Positions 24,791-38,932 of a stretch of DNA of 64,000 nucleotides are shown in pieces. Below the pieces are notes generated by a model. That model saw nothing but the letters and a program-made list of their open reading frames with translations. It had not been told where the DNA came from and searched no databases. The number at the start of each line of letters is the position of its first letter. Position 1 is the stretch's first letter. The DNA comes from Camelus ferus (Eukaryota). The position numbers were made by a program, and so were the translations under genes. The stretch lies in NCBI RefSeq assembly GCF_009834535.1, contig NC_045697.1, positions 115,074,001-115,138,000 on the forward strand, in the 5' to 3' direction.

Positions 24791-26984
24791 GATGGATAAC
24801 ATTTTATGGAACTTGGTAAAATGCATAGGGGTCTTCAAACAGTGTGATTAATTTTATGTGCAAGTTTAGTAATGACAGTTCTATGGAAATCTAAGGATAT
24901 GTATTTTTTCATGTATTTCTAGAAAGATTTACATTAGAGAAAAATCAGATTTTCCCAAGTGTACAGAAAATAATACTCTAATATTCACTGCTAAAAGATG
25001 AAGAGCATTTGAAAGTAAATTAGCAAAATATAGATATATACCATAAATGGGAGTTAAATAAAATTATAAAACTCCAGGAAGATACTAGAATGATTTCAAA
25101 TGGATTAATTATTTTTCTTTTAATTTGAACACTTTTTAAAATAGATTCTGTACTTTTTTCTGTACATTTTACCAATTATACTTTAAATAATATATATATT
25201 TTTCAAAACCACTAAAGCACCTTGATGAATAAAATCTAGTTTCATAATCAGAAGTCTCTATAAATGTAGTCAGTAAATAGGTATTTTAGTTGCATTTACT
25301 TTGGAGGGGAAATTAAGTTTTCTAAACCTAAAATGACTGAGACAAATGTAAATCTTTAGACTTTCTTCTTTGTCTGCACCTCATTGTATAATCTGTTTCA
25401 AATATTATTTTAGAAGCTTGAATCCGTAAAGAATCTTGATAAAATAGAATGTTTATTGGTGTAACTTGATTATATTATTATGTTAACTTAATGGTTTTTA
25501 TAAATTTTCGAATCTCTTTCACTTTTATGAAACTATCGTGAGTAAAATAAACAAATTAAGAAAAATGTGATAGAAGTTAGCATTGTTGATTTGGTTTGCT
25601 CTTTGTTCTCTCAATACCAATAATTATATGTGTACTAATAGAATTTAGTTTTTTCTTGATATAGTGCATTAAAGAAATCATTTTACACAGTATTTCAGGC
25701 AATGCCAAATAATTTGTAAGAATTTTTTATTTTATCTCTGAGATCACCTAATGTTTAACTTCAGAAAAGGAACTGACATTAGAGACTCAGACTCAATTTC
25801 TAATAAGAATGAAACATTTTATATGCAACATTTTCCTCACTTAGTAATTGCCACGAAAGTGGAATTGTCAGGTTCAATTTCCTTTTCCTGTTATCTTTTT
25901 CATGTGAAAGATGTGGCAGAAAACATTGTTCCAGACCATTAAAAAGAATAATTGAACTGGATTGATCATTGAGTTTGATTTGTTAATTTTCCTAGATTGT
26001 TTCTTTTTTTTTTTTTTTTTTTTTCCTGGAAGAGGTACAGGCGAAAAGAACTGAATGAAGATTGCCTTTCACATGTCATCAAATGTAATCAACTAACAAC
26101 AAGGATTTTTCAGTAATAGAGAACTTCGTGTGGATAGACTAAGGCTTGAAAAACAGTGATTAGGCAAAGACTACCAACATATATAAAGTGAGTATCGTGT
26201 GTTTATGTGTGCTTTCCTGCAAAGCAAAAATTCTGCGACTGACCTCATTGCAATGTTATGATTGTTTTTAATTTTCATATGTAATATCATCATAATTTAT
26301 GTGTGTACCTCTATCTAAGGTACGTAGATCATGAAGCAAGAGTTGCTGTTGACTATGTAATTCTGCAGTTAAGCCATGCTACAGTTACTCCTGATTTTTC
26401 ACTTCCAGACAATTAACATAAATATCGAATGCCCACTACATGTTAGATTTTTATTTATGCACTGATTATTCATAGCAGTTAAATTAACAAAAAGTAATTG
26501 GTCTTATAGAATTCCTATTGTAGTGGTATATATGTACAATACTCAGGTAGACTAATATACCATCAAAGTTTAACATGACATTTGCATTTTGGGGGGAAAT
26601 AAAATACATTTTGTTTGGTAGCAACTGAAGACATTTGACTATTCTGCCTGCCGTCTTGCTATATAATAAGGCAAATGTGAAGCTTTCCTCAGTGGTGAAC
26701 TAGGACCTGGATGAGAGGATACACTGTTTACCAAGAACACTCTTTCCTGGTTTTGTTGTACCAGGTGTCCTCCTGCTTTCTGAGAGCATCATTAAAATCT
26801 GTTCTTAATGTAGGACGAAGCACCTGGGATGTAAGACACAAAACACTAACAATAATACATTTTTCACTTGGAGTTTTAGAATCACATCACTTCCATAAAT
26901 TCAGCATTTATCAATATGTATTTCTAATTTACCTTCTCATCTTACACCAGATTTATCACTGCAGTTGAAAGCGACCGACATGGA

Positions 26985-29950
26985 ATTTCACTTCTGTTCA
27001 TAATGATGTAACAGAGAATGGATTTAACCTTTCACCGTAAGTGACTATAAAACCAAACTAAATATATAAAGTAGCAGTTTTTAGAACTTGGAGAAGAGGC
27101 AGAGCAATGTCTGGACTAAAGACTCAGAGAAGTGGAACACAAACAGGGCACAGGAGTCTCACTGAGTTTAGGAGATGGAGATCAAGGGTTCAGAGGGGAA
27201 GGCTTGGGCCACAGTTCAGGAAATAAGAGAACTAAGTAGAAAAGGGTTTCTACATGGAAACATGGAACAGAACATGGAAACAACAGCTTAAAGCAAAAAA
27301 TTAAGAAACCAACCAAAACGTATTGCACAGCTTACTACATACGGAGATTTGAATTCACAAGCACAAACAGAAGATACTGCTGTAAGGGTTTTACACTCGA
27401 GATGAAGTGCTGAGACATGCTTTGTGGTAGACTGTGATAAGTTAAAGACAAAGATTATACACCCTAGAACAAAGTAAAAATTAAAAGGAAGTATAGTTAA
27501 GCATTAATGGTAGAGATGAAACAGTAATAAGAATTGCCAATTAATAGAAATAAAGAAATTTAAAATGTTTAGTGTATGTAAGAAACAAAAGGCAAGATGT
27601 TAGATTTAAATAAAGTTGTATTGAATATTACATTAAATGTAAGTTGTCCAAAAAAATCCAATTAAAAGACAGAATTTGCCTGACTGGATAAATAAGACAA
27701 CTATTCACTTTATGCTGTTTATAGGAAACCCACTTTAAGTATAAATACATACATTGGTTAAAAATAAAACAAAGAAAATATTATCACAGAAGGACAAAGC
27801 ACAAGATGAAGTGGTCATGGTGGTATCAGATAATGTATATTCAGAGGAATAAGTAGTATTAGAGATAAAAAATATTTGTAATGATAAAATATAATTCAAT
27901 GGGAAGATACAGCAATCCTAAAAGTGTGCTCAGTGTCTGAGTTCTAAATACATGAAGCAAAACCAACAGTTCTGAAAAAGAAACAGACAAATTGGCGATT
28001 ACAGTTGAGTATTTCAATACCCTTCTCGCATCAACTGATAGAACAAGTAGGTAGAAAATCAGTAAGTGTGCAGAATATTTAAACAACTCTATGAATTGAA
28101 TTGAACTAATAGATATTTAATCAGCATGCCACACAAAACAGCAGAATATACATTCCCTATACTGCACATCGGAATATTCAATCTCATAGACCATATGTTT
28201 GACCATAAAATATTGCAAGGCTCAATAAATTAAAAGCATATCGACTATGCTCTCTGATGCCAGTAGAATTAAATTGGAAGTCAATAACATAAATTTACCT
28301 GGAGAATTCTCATACATTTGGACATTAAACAGCACACTCCTCAAAGGAAATCCATGATGAAATTTAGAAAGTATTTTGAACTGACTAAAAATAAAAATGT
28401 AATATGTCAATATCTGTGAGATACAACTGAATATGTGCTTAGTGGAAAAATTATAGTTTTAAATTCTTAGCAGAGAAAAGATACTTACCAATAATCATAG
28501 CATCTGCCTTAGAAAGTAGGAAAAATGGGGAAAATTATCCACAGAATTTTTTGAAAAAAAAAGAAGTATTTATGATAATAATATCAGTAAGTGATGCAGA
28601 AAATGTATAGATAAAGGAATAAAAGTATCAGTAATCTGAAAAGTCATTTTTCAAAATAAAATCAACAAACTTGATAGACCAGTAGCTAGTCTGAGCAAGA
28701 TAAAAGGAGAGAAGATACAAGTAAGTGATACTAATAGAATGAAAATGTCAGAACAGACCAATATACTTTAAAAGGATTGTAAGAAAATATTATGAACAAT
28801 TTATTCCAATAAATCTGACAATTAAGATGAGAAGAGTTCTTGAAAGACACAAAGAACCAAAACTAACTGAAGAAAAGAAATGAGAAATCTGAATAGCTTT
28901 ATGTCTTGAAAGAAATTTTATTTGTATTAAAACATTTCCACAAAGAAAACCCCAGGCCCAGATGGCTTCAGTGATGAATGCTATAAATGATTTGATGAAG
29001 AATTAATATCATTCCTATACAAACACTTTTAGAAAAATAGAGGAAGAGGAAATATTGTCTAAGTCATTTTTATAAAGCTCATATTACCATCATACTTCAG
29101 CCAAGTGAAAATATTCCAAGAAATGAAAAAGGGAACATAGATGTGAACATCACTCGCAAAATATTACCAAGTAACTCCAGTAATATCTAAAAATAAGAAA
29201 ATAAAGATTTATTTACCATTTGCAAATCCATCAAAACTATCCACAATTATTACAGAATAAAAGAAAAAAACTCAGTATATTTGGGAATAGTACTTGAACA
29301 TGATTTTTTTTTTATAAAATAATAAGTTCTCAACATGAGAATAGAAAGTAACTTCCTCAAAAAGGTAACAATCCTCGATAAAAATCTTATAGCTAGCATT
29401 ATACATATTGCTGAAACACTAAGTGATTTTCTTCCAAGATCAGAAAAAGGACAAGGATATCTGCTCCCTTACGCTCAAAATTAGACTGGAAGACACCGAA
29501 GACATACAGATCATATTTATAGATGACATGATTGTATTCAAAGTAAATTCTAAATAATCTACCATAAAAAACTACTTCTCTGAAGTTTAGTGTCAATATT
29601 TAAAAATTTGTTTTCTTTCTATATATTAACAATAAACAACTTGAAGAATATGAAAATGAATATGTGTATGTATATTCATGACTGGGGCATTGTGCTATAC
29701 AGCAGAAATTGACACACTGTAACTGACTGTGCTTCAATAAAAAAACAAAAAGAAACCAATAAACAATTTGAAATCAAAACTGTAAGATAGGTGTTCAAAA
29801 TAGCATCAACAACATGAAACACTCAGGGATATATTTAACATGGTATGTGCATGATCCTTAGACTGAAAACTACTGGAACATTGGTGAAAGGAATAACAGA
29901 AGTCTTAAATAATTGGATAGACAAACTATTTTCATAAGTTGGGCAGGAGC
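26985..29950 (+). mobile_element. Old L1M element: 5' end, inter-ORF region and decayed ORF2
   Basis: 5'-end-like cacttctgttcataatgatgtaacagagaatggatttaacc; ORF2 start region (atattacattaaatgtaagttg...ccaattaaaagacaga); ccaggcccagatggcttcagtgatgaa (28952); tttatagatgacatgattgtat (RT core remnant ~29516). Confidence 0.85.
29646..29756 (+). mobile_element. Short young L1 3' end nested in the old L1
   Basis: gaatatgaaaatgaatatgtgtatg...cagaaattgacac...gcttcaataaaaaaa; TSD caataaacaacttgaa (29630-29645) / caataaacaatttgaa (29757-29772). Confidence 0.88.
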
Positions 29951-29999
29951 ACAATCCTGTTATCAAGCTAGTAAGTTTTTATAAAAAGCAGAACTAATA

Positions 30000-32290
30000 T
30001 AAGGTCATTTAACTCAGGAAAATTTCTTATAATTGAAGCAAGTGGAATTCAATATTATATAAAATAGCAAACACAATGTCTATTTATCTCTGGAAGATAA
30101 GGCTGGTTTATTAGTTAAGTTATTTACAATGAAATTCACATATAAAGAGATTATAGAGAAAAAATTTGATAATTACAGAAAAATATATTTGACAAAAAGC
30201 AATGTAAGTTGATTATTTATAAGAAAATCTCTCAGTTAAGTTGGAATAAAAGGGCATTTTTTAGTGTGATATAATTTTTAAAATGACATAATCATGTTTA
30301 TTCTTTTAAGATGAGTAAAAAATCAAGGATGATTATATTATCACTTCTTCACTTCCTATTGAAGGACCTATTCAGGAAAAAAAAAATTTTAAAGCAAAAA
30401 TATTAAGAGGAAATTAAATGTCATTATTTGCAAAAAAAATTTGACAGTATACATTATTAAGCTAAAGAAAATGTAAATAATAGGAAATATGTTTCCTATT
30501 TATAATATTAAAATATAAATAGGAAACTTTGCACTATGAATATATGACTTAGTAGAAATGTCAGTTGCAAGTCTATACCTCTGAAATAAACTAATAGAAA
30601 AATAATATTATTTACAACAACAACAAAAACATAAATTATTTTGAAATATATGTAACAAGAAATTCTCAATGACTCTATGTAAGGGATTATTCAACTTTTG
30701 GAGGAAAACATTGAAAGATACTTAAATAAGGAGAAATTCAATGTTTATGAATGGAAAATAAATATTGCAAAAAAATAAATTTTTCACAAAACTTTTGATT
30801 GAATGAAATTCAAAGTAAAATGCTAACAGAGTTTTTATAACACTTGATAAAATATTTCAAACATTTATATGAAAGAGAAATAACACAAGAATAACCAAGA
30901 CATATTTGAACAGAAAAGAGAGGATTTGCATTCTAGAACATCAAGTCTTATAAAACTATAGTAATAGATGTAGTATATAATTAAAATATAATATAATAAT
31001 AGACAGGATTGAATAATTCTACTCATAGAATATAACTGAGAGCCAAACAGAGACAGTTTTTATAATTCTTGAAATATGATAAGTTAGCTTGGAAGATCAG
31101 TGAGAAAAATAGGAAATTTTAAAAAATCAAGTCGAGCAGGAAAATAATTATTGACATGAAATAAATTAAATTGGATTCCTTTATCACACATTAACCAAAG
31201 TCAAATCCATATGAAATAAGTTAAATATCAAAGTAGTGTTTTTGAAAATTTAATATAAATTTTAATGGGTTCTATTTCTGAGCTTGGGAACTGGAGGTAT
31301 TTTTAAATAACGCAAAAATTGCCACTTAGAAAGCAAAAGATTGACAAAAAGGGTTACATTAAAATGTAAAAGCCTTTAAATCAAAAACCACTTTATAGAA
31401 ATTTAAAATGCAACTTACAAACTAGAGGAAGATATTTGCAACACATATAATGAATAAAAAATATAAAGAATTCCTACAAATCAATATGAAAATGACAGAC
31501 AACCCAATATGAAAAACGAAAAGATACTTGAGAAAGTACTTCACAGAAGAGGTAATACATATGGTTAGTGAAGACATGGAAGGATATTCAATCATATTTA
31601 TGATCAGACAAAAGTAAATTGAAGCCAGAATTAGATTCTTGTTTACATATTTTCAAATAGCAAAAATCAAGAAGTATGACAGCGCCAGGTGCTTGAAAGA
31701 ATGATTCATCACAGTCTCCTATAAACTGTTGGAACTTTGCAGATATTCTATGTAGCCATTTTGTACAATCATTCTGAAAAATAATTTGACATCTTCTTAT
31801 AAATTTTACCCCTTACTATCCATGAATTTCACTCCTAAGTGCATACAAAAGAAATACAAATATATTATAAGATAATATGCAAGGGTGTTAACAGAAGTGC
31901 TGTTCAGAATAGCAAAAATGTGCCCATCAACAGGAAAATGGATTACTCAAATATAGGATTTTCAAACAATGGAGTATCACACAGTGGTCAGAGTAAGTGA
32001 ACTACAGCTAGTTATGACAACATAGATGAACCTTATTACTGTAATATTTGGTTTAAAAATCACCAAAGACTGCATAAAGTATGATATTATTTTCATAAAA
32101 TCAAACTACCTGAGACCATGTGCTCAATAGGAACACCCTGAAATGTGACCAAACTGAATTTTTACCAGAGATAATGATAAAGACAAGATTAAGAGCATGG
32201 CTATTTTGGGTGGAGGAAAGTACCACATAGGAGGAAGTTAATTATTGTCATTATTTTATTTTTTATGTTGGATGAGCTGTATACAGATAT
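30000..32290 (+). mobile_element. Very old L1 (L1ME/L1M5-like) ORF2 3' half and 3' UTR
   Basis: tgtcattatttgca (RT core remnant ~30420), gaagatatttgcaacacatataa, tgcccatcaacaggaaaatggat, caacatagatgaacctta; A-rich plus strand. Confidence 0.75.
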
Positions 32291-32433
32291 GTTCTTAAAA
32301 GAAAACATATATATATATATATTCTATGCATGGAAGTCAACCATCTATTGACCAATAATAAAATAATATTGTGAATTAGATGAAGAATAATCCAATTCTA
32401 TGCCCCTAAAACCTAGAGATTAAAACCTAGTGT

Positions 32434-32436
<3 letters not shown>

Positions 32437-32468
<32 letters not shown>
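32437..32468 (+). repeat. (CA)16 microsatellite
   Basis: Perfect CA dinucleotide run, read directly. Confidence 0.97.
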
Positions 32469-32469
<1 letters not shown>

Positions 32470-32930
32470 CAAATTCCTTAGGATAAACTTGGAGCCTTTT
32501 TTACATGGTCATAGCTCCCCTATGCAGCCTCAACTTTGACCATTTGGTAGACAAGACTGCATATTATGCCTACACCAGGCCATTTATATTTTTTAGCAGT
32601 ACAGAACGCTGTTTTCTTCATGCGATATCTTCAATGTCTGTACCTGTACTTCTTCCTCTTAATTAGCCCATTTTATTCATCTTTTATAGTTCAGTTCAGC
32701 TTCTGTTTTTTAAAAGAAACCTCTTTGATTTTTCCCCCATGCTCACAAAAGATATCCAGCTCTGTGCTTCCCTGATACTCTTAGCTGTTTATACGTGAAG
32801 AGTGGAGGTTCCTGCCCTAGACCTGAGCAATTTAAGATCTGGACGTGCGTCTAGTTAATCTGTATGTTCCCAAACTAGGTACTATGCCTGGAATGCAAGC
32901 AGACATTCAATAAATATCAAATTAACTTGA
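32470..32930 (+). mobile_element. L2 3' region
   Basis: Ends ...aactaggtactatgcctggaatgcaagcagacattcaataaatatc (L2 terminus). Confidence 0.65.
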
Positions 32931-33339
32931 GTAAGTATACAGATGAACCTGTAAATTGAAATCTGTTGAAATACATCCATTCTAACTACTGCTCATTATG
33001 AAGGCTACCATTTCTGACCACCTCTAAGCTGTTCAACAATTTTGTAGAACAGAGCTCCAGGAATTATGCAACAAACATAATCCCACAACCATCCTTAGAG
33101 ATGGACAGAAAAATTTAAGGCTGACAAATCACGTTCCACCAGCAATCCTTCACCCTGTGGTTTTAACATCTGTTGGTGACCATTGTTTAAACAAGTATTT
33201 ACATTGGGCTTTCTCATTTTATTAGTCCTTATATATGTATTAATTGACTTTTTTTTAAAGAAGAACTTTTCTCTTCCTCTCCTCCTTCCGCTTTTATTGA
33301 GTATAAGTATAGAATGATAGATTTTTTAAAACCATTATT

Positions 33340-34170
33340 AAAAATGTTAACATTATGATTATTATTACTCATAATGCCCAAACTTAGGGTAGTATTAGTT
33401 ATTTCAAACTGGCTTCTTTTCTTTTTGGCATAACCCCATTAATTTTAGAGCATGACATATATATCTATATAGATATATAGATACATATCTCATAATGATG
33501 CTTCTACTTCAGATACAATACTTCAACCTTTTCTCTTTCTCAGCAAAAATTATGGCTTCCAACAATATCAATATATTTGTCCATTTCACACTTTTACATA
33601 GTACAGAGGAAATGGTTTCAGGATGACAAAATAAATACCATCCAGACAACAAGATTACTAATAAAGTCTAAGATTGTTTTGTGTGTTTTGTTGCCCTTGG
33701 AATACGTTCCATTAAACATGTACAATCAAAATACAGCCATCAAAGTTATATGAATTATTTTCCTTGTTTTTATATAAATTTGATATGAAGTGGGTATAAA
33801 GTTGGGATAGCATTTGTTTGTATTCAGGGATTTGCTTTGAAGGGGCATATTTTGGCCTTTTAAATAATTATACTAGTATTTCTTTGTAATAAAATTGTTG
33901 TCGTGTGTTTATTAATGTGTTTTTGGCAAACAAATGTCCTTTTTGAAGACCTGAATTATCATTAATCCTGAATATCTTGACATTTTGCTAGAAACTCCGT
34001 TTGCATTTCTATGATTCTCAACCTTGATGTTTATTCTTTTTATTGTTCTTTATAATGCCAGTATGTTAGTTTTTCTTTTCTTCTATTGTATTGACTGATT
34101 ACAATACAGTCAATACAATATTTGGCTGACTTTTTTCCTATAACCTCATGAAATTCCAATATGCATAACC
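33340..34170 (-). mobile_element. Old L1MC4/5-like 3' UTR
   Basis: ggcttccaacaatatcaatatattt...aaatggtttcaggat...caacaagattactaataaagtctaagatt...ttgcccttggaatacgttcc...tacaatcaaaatac resembles the antisense L1MC4/5 3'UTR (recalled). Confidence 0.55.
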
Positions 34171-34173
34171 AGT

Positions 34174-34711
34174 GGTAACCTTTCACATTGGAGGAAGGGA
34201 AAGCGGGAGGAGAGGGAGGAGGGTGAGGAGGGTCCAGAACATGGCATTGTGGCTGCCTCCAGCACAAAGGGACATTACTTCTTCTAAATGAGTGCCAGCA
34301 AGGAACTCGTTAGAACCTGACAGCCACGACTCTACAGTAGCAGAAAGGACTTAACCAGACATGACCCAGTGCTCATTGTATTATAATTAGCACTGCGGTT
34401 TAGGCCCCCCATGGGCTGCTCTGTATGCCTTAAAGACATGTGCAAAGGGGGGGGGGGCGAACATGACTGAGAGACATGAGCTGTCAATCAATCAAGAGAC
34501 CATCTCTAAGTGAGGGTATAAGAGAAGGAGGAGACAAAAACAGTCACTTTTCCTCCCTTGGATCAGCCCACCTCCCATTCTTGGAGGTGCACTTTTCTTT
34601 TTTTTTAAATAAATCTTTAAAAGTTTTTTGCTACACAACGCACCATCTCCTGACTGCAAACTTATCTTTCAGGTGTGACAAGAACTGGGGTCTTTACTTT
34701 TTGGGGTAACA
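34174..34711 (+). mobile_element. Solo LTR, ERV1-class (family not identified)
   Basis: GC-richer block ending ...ggggtaaca; TATA-like gggtataaga (~34516), AATAAA at ~34608, U5-like ggtgtgacaagaac. Near-TSD cagt/tagt; 5' boundary approximate. Confidence 0.75.
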
Positions 34712-36792
34712 TAGTCACTTTCCCTGCAGTCTCTGTCTCTATGGAAGTGTCACCTGCTATGACTGGATATGAAAGTAGTTCATCCCATTTCTTCTGAGGT
34801 TAACTTTAAAACTCTTCTTATAAATGTAGAGTGTATATAGCCTAACTTGTAATAATTATCAAATATGCAACATGAGGAAATTACTCCAGTCTCACCATTG
34901 TGTGTCTCTCTTCTGGTGCCACGATGTAGCAAAAATTCAAAGGTCTGCATGCACCATAATTTGGAGATAATGATGTTAGTAAGGGTGAAACAAACTGAAT
35001 GGAATAAATTTATGCTGAAGCCCCCATTTTTTTTCCTGAGTGATACGTATCTATTCCCCAGGATTTTATGCAAATCAAGAAACTGACCCGATATTCAGCA
35101 TGAAAATCGCATCCAGTGTGCTGTGGATCTTGCTGAGCTCTTCCAATAATATTGCACTGGCAGTTTTCCAAACCATATTTTACCCAGACTTAAAATATTT
35201 CTTTAGTCTGCCTTTATTCCTCCGAAGTGACACCTTGAAAGTGATGCCTTGTGTGTTACAGAAGATGGACGAAAGGCAGATTCAATAAACTGTCTGTCTA
35301 ATTTATACCACGGACAACATCATCTGGGGACAGTGTTCAATAAAGGGAAAAAGGAAGAAATAAACAGTGCTTCTGGCATTCCGGAGAGCATGCGAGTTTG
35401 GAAGCCACTTTGACTATATTTTGTTTGCTGTGTGTACCTCCATTCCCAGAATTTGTCAGATTTTAAGTCTCTCCACCCATTGCAATTTGTACTCCATCAC
35501 AAAGTCATCTTGAAAATATTTACCACCAAATTTTACCTTATTTCCTTTCCAGTGTTTCAGAACTAGGGTATTCTTTAAATGATCTACAAATGAATTTAGA
35601 AAACAACATATGATTTCTTCTTTCAACATTTAAGTTAACGAGCCAAGATATATTTTTTAAAGACACATATGTAAAACACATTGGATAGTAATTATACATA
35701 TTTCCTTGATCATCTGATATAAAAATATACTAAGGCAATGTGTTATTAAAGTTAGAAAAGCTCATTATACCTTACAACATATTGCCTCTTTTAGAAACTT
35801 AGTAATGGTTTATTATATCAAAGAGAAACCTCATTTCAATCTGGAACACAATATCTAAGTCAATTTCATAATATTTGGAGAAATAATACTATCCTGACAT
35901 ATTGCATATCCAAGTGGAATTTAAGGGAGGTAATAAAACTAAGTGCGTTAATATTTCAATGACTTGAAACGTTGAAAATGATTAGTTATATCATTGTGTA
36001 CAATAACAAGAGAAAATTGAGTCATAGGCTGATTCAGAAAATATGAAAATGTTAATGATCACATGTGATCTTTATCAAAATTAGAAGTTGTAAAGTATAC
36101 AGACTCTCCCCAAAGGCTTTTGATCTTACCATAGTCCTGTTTTTCTATCTAAGTTTAAAAAAAAAATGGCCTATACGTAAGGACTGTATTTCTTGGTATT
36201 TCCAATTGATTGAGGATTTACATTGGATCATAAATTTGACCTTCCTTTTTGGATGAGAAATGCTTTATGATTCTCATGTTCACCTTCTGACACCTGAGCT
36301 GTAGCCATAAAATGGAACAGAACCATTGCCCTGACGTAAATGTCATATTCCATGACCACATTTTCAGAAAGGGACACAGATGCTACATTGGTATAAAGAT
36401 ATAAAGAGGAACATTGCAAAAAGTTAAGGGATCCATTTATTTATATAACCAGTTCAAATAATGGTTTAATACAATCTATTTTGTAATTGATAAAACTGAA
36501 GAGAAGCATACTCCTCTAGTATTTTACACAATATACATTTTGAAATACTTTAAATTGGTTACCATCTTTGGAAAGGTTTTCTCAAAATGAAATTAATTTT
36601 GAAATTGTTTTGCAAAATGTGAATTAGAATTCATATTTATTCATTCCTTTTTTTTCTTTAAATGAGCAAGTGTTTGAGAAATTTGTAATGGTTAAAAGGT
36701 TAAGAACTCCTTATATTTAACATGTTACTTTTGATGAACTACTTAGGTTTAGAAAGAAGATTGATTTCTAAAACTATCAAAAGTTACTTTTG

Positions 36793-37095
36793 AAGACTTT
36801 GTTTTTTAAAGCAGTTTTAGTTTCACAGCAAAATTGAGAGAAAGATACAGAGATTTCTCACGTACCCCCTGCCCCAACATGTGCGTAGACTTCTCCGTTA
36901 TACCCCACCAGAGTGGTACATTTGTTACAACTGATGAACATACACTGACACATCATTTTCACCCTAAGTCTATAGTTGACATTAAGGTTCCATCTTGATG
37001 TTGTCTATTCTACTGGTTTGGACAAATGTATAATGACATACATCCACAAATAGAGTATCATATGTAGTATTTCCACTGCCCTAAAAATCCCCTAA
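36793..37095 (-). mobile_element. L1MC1-type 3' end
   Basis: gcagttttagtttcacagcaaaattgagagaaagatacagagatttctcacgtaccccctgcccc...ccagagtggtacatttgttacaactgatgaac...tttccactgccctaaaaatcc. Confidence 0.85.
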
Positions 37096-37184
37096 AATCT
37101 TTTTAAAAAACTATTATTTATCACTAAATATAAAGTATCTCATGAAACAAAAAAATTAATTAAGTGTTTAATCAATGAATGCCG

Positions 37185-37540
37185 TAGCATTAGTTTGTTT
37201 TGATGATGTAACATTCTTCCACCCTGGTGCAACAAAGCCTGCTTTTCTGGAGACTGTCGGTAAATCAGATGCTTAGCAATGTCCAGCCAGAGTAGTTATT
37301 GCCCAGAAACCAGGGAAAAGAAAGCTAGTAGCTCTTCACAGTTACTGCTTCCCTTGTGCTCTGAGGATCTGTCTCTCACCACCCCTAACTGATAAAGCAG
37401 AATTTTTGCTGCTTCCTTCCACCTCCTAAATCTTGCTCAACTTCATCTTAAGTGAACTCTAACCCAGTGCTATATTCAGAAGGGGATTCGGAGAAATACA
37501 GCCCCAGTATAACCAAACTGAAATTGAGCAATCTGGCACA
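37185..37540. mobile_element. MaLR (MLT1-family) LTR relic
   Basis: gctgcttccttccacctcctaaatcttgctcaa...gaaggggattcggagaaatacagccccagtataaccaaactga resembles old MLT1 (N/L/M) ends. Confidence 0.55.
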
Positions 37541-37849
37541 AATATGTTTGGGTCTGAACCTCTTCACTCAATACTCCTTCTGCCCCTGTTCCTATTTTCA
37601 GGTGAGTTCCCTCTCCATAATGCACAGCTAGTCACCCCATACAGAAGCTCTTGCCTTAATGTCCAAGGTTCCCATAAAGACACAATGTGAGGCTCTGAGT
37701 CACCCACCAGCACCTGGAATCAGCACCCAGGGACATGATGGGATAAAGATCGAGTAAGTTATTTCCAGCTGAAGCTGGCAGGGAGGAGAGGGCTCAGCAA
37801 AACAGCGGCAATTCCATTAACTTTCTAGATTTTGTCATATTTTAAGTAT

Positions 37850-38490
37850 ATTTTTATTGAATTATAGTCAGTTTATAACGTGTCAATTTCTGGTGTAGGA
37901 TTTGAAATAGCGTATTGAAGTATAACACCCATGCAGAAAATTGTACCTATCAAGGGTTCACCCTTTTTCCACATTTGCAGCCAGTGTGCAGGTCAAGAAT
38001 AGCACTCCTATTACTAGTACAACCGTGGTCCCCACGGGGCCCTTTGGGCATCTCCTGCTAAAGGATAACAGCTCTGTGGACCTCTGAGAGCAGAGATTGG
38101 TTCTTCCAGGTTTTTCATCTTTATATCTGTGAAATCATACAGTAGATACACTTCAGAATCTGGCTTCTTTCCCTCAACATCCTATTTTCAAGTTATCCAA
38201 ATGGCTGAGTGGCCACAGTTCCTTTATTTTCTCTACCAGGTAATCAACTGGGAAAATATAGATTACAATCATTTATCCATTCTACTCCTGGGGAGTTTCC
38301 AGGTACTCGCTATTACAAATCAGTGAACATCCCAGGGCATGTCTTTGGTGAAAAAATATACATATTCTGCAGAGTGTCTTCCTAGGAGAGGAGGAGCGAG
38401 GTCCCCGGCTATGCAGACATGGAGCTGGAGTTATTACAGCCAAGTCATTTTCAAAATTGATTTGTGGTGTGTTCCACTTAGGCAAGTAGG
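37850..38490 (-). mobile_element. L1ME-type 3' UTR with a tiny young L1 end at ~37850-37898
   Basis: ttattgaattatagtcagtttataacgtgtcaatttctggtgta (young end); attgaagtataacacccatgcagaaaattg...gaaatcatacagtag...ctggcttctttccctcaacat...tttccaggtactcgctattacaaat. Confidence 0.7.
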
Positions 38491-38719
38491 GGAAGTTGGT
38501 TAATTATGTTCTTCAAATGCACTGTATTCTTACTGATGCATTTTCTGGTTGTTCAATTAGCTATGAAGACAAGTGTGTCAGGTCGTACCGCTATCTTTTA
38601 AATTCTGCCAAGTTTTACTTTACATAGATTATGCTTGCAGATTTATAATAGCGATTCCTTCATAGAGGATTGGTTCTTTTATCATTATGATGTTTATTAT
38701 CTCTAGAATGCTTCTGCTT

Positions 38720-38932
38720 TTTAATTTTTTTCTATTTTTAAAATTTTTATTGAAGCATAGTCAGTTACAATGTGTCAATTTCTGGTGTACAGCACAAGGC
38801 CCCCAGTTATGCATATACACACATATATTCGTTTTCATACTCTTTTTCATTAAAGGTTATTACAAGATATTGAATATAGTTCCCTGTGCTCTACAGAAGA
38901 ATTTTTTATCTATTTGTATATATAGTGGCTAA
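38720..38932 (-). mobile_element. Young L1 3' end, within ancient antisense L1 debris (~38490-39900)
   Basis: tttttattgaagcatagtcagttacaatgtgtcaatttctggtgtacagc...aggttattacaagatattgaatatagttccctgtgct. Confidence 0.88.
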
